Shown here in pieces: positions 63,857 to 64,000 of a stretch of DNA of 64,000 nt. This DNA is from Alphaproteobacteria bacterium. Lineage in GTDB: Bacteria; Pseudomonadota; Alphaproteobacteria; Bin95. A model generated the notes under the pieces. That model did not search any database. It saw nothing but the letters and a program-made list of their open reading frames with translations, and was not told the DNA's origin. A program made the translations under genes and the position numbers. The stretch covers positions 224,001-288,000 of the forward strand of contig CAXXWS020000002.1 in assembly GCA_963665325.3 (NCBI GenBank), given 5' to 3'. Position 1 is the first letter of the stretch. Each line of letters begins with the position of its first letter.

Positions 63857-64000
63857 GGGCTGGGTGGCCGTGGCGTTGGCGCCGGAAGGCGAGGCGTTGG
63901 ACGACGCGATTGTCGCGCGCCTCGCAGGGCGGCTCAAGGCGGATTCCGTGCGCCGGCTCGGGCCGGACGCGGCGGAGATGGCGGTGGCCTCGCCCGGCGC
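63855..64000 (+). CDS. 5' end of a gene divergent from miaA (possibly phosphoserine phosphatase SerB), truncated by window edge
   Basis: Open frame MGWVAVALAPEGEALDDAIVARL... runs to the window end. serB is commonly divergent from miaA in Alphaproteobacteria; this is a synteny inference only. Confidence 0.4.
   Translation, partial: MGWVAVALAPEGEALDDAIVARLAGRLKADSVRRLGPDAAEMAVASPG

Overview
High-GC alphaproteobacterial chromosome segment, judged from gene order and the alpha-type SOS box. It is mostly core genes: the aa3 cytochrome c oxidase operon, thrC-M16 peptidase, yejABEF, murJ-glnD, tRNA-Ala(CGC), yggT-folD, trpG-trpD-trpC-moaC-moeA, lexA, comEC/gltX-gltA, ilvI-ilvH-ilvC and miaA. Accessory blocks are interspersed: luciferase-like/flavin oxidoreductases, a tandem PuuE-like deacetylase pair with a ThDP enzyme, a Tat-signal peptide ABC transporter whose second permease is frameshifted, a K+ channel, and a circularly permuted ATP-grasp/alpha-E/transglutaminase operon. 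Two small two-gene modules sit in intergenic slots: a DUF6516(TumE)-like toxin with an HTH antitoxin and palindromic operator, and a lower-GC DUF6978-like + DUF1828-like pair. The latter is the best candidate for an undescribed defence or toxin-antitoxin system; its first protein shares a motif layout with the TumE-like toxin. Other oddities: SURF1 has no canonical start and follows the coxC stop in frame, two divergent gene pairs may share a CATG start palindrome, and local C-to-G skew flips occur at gene junctions. No transposase, integrase, rRNA or CRISPR array was seen. All family calls come from recognising motifs by eye, not from database searches.
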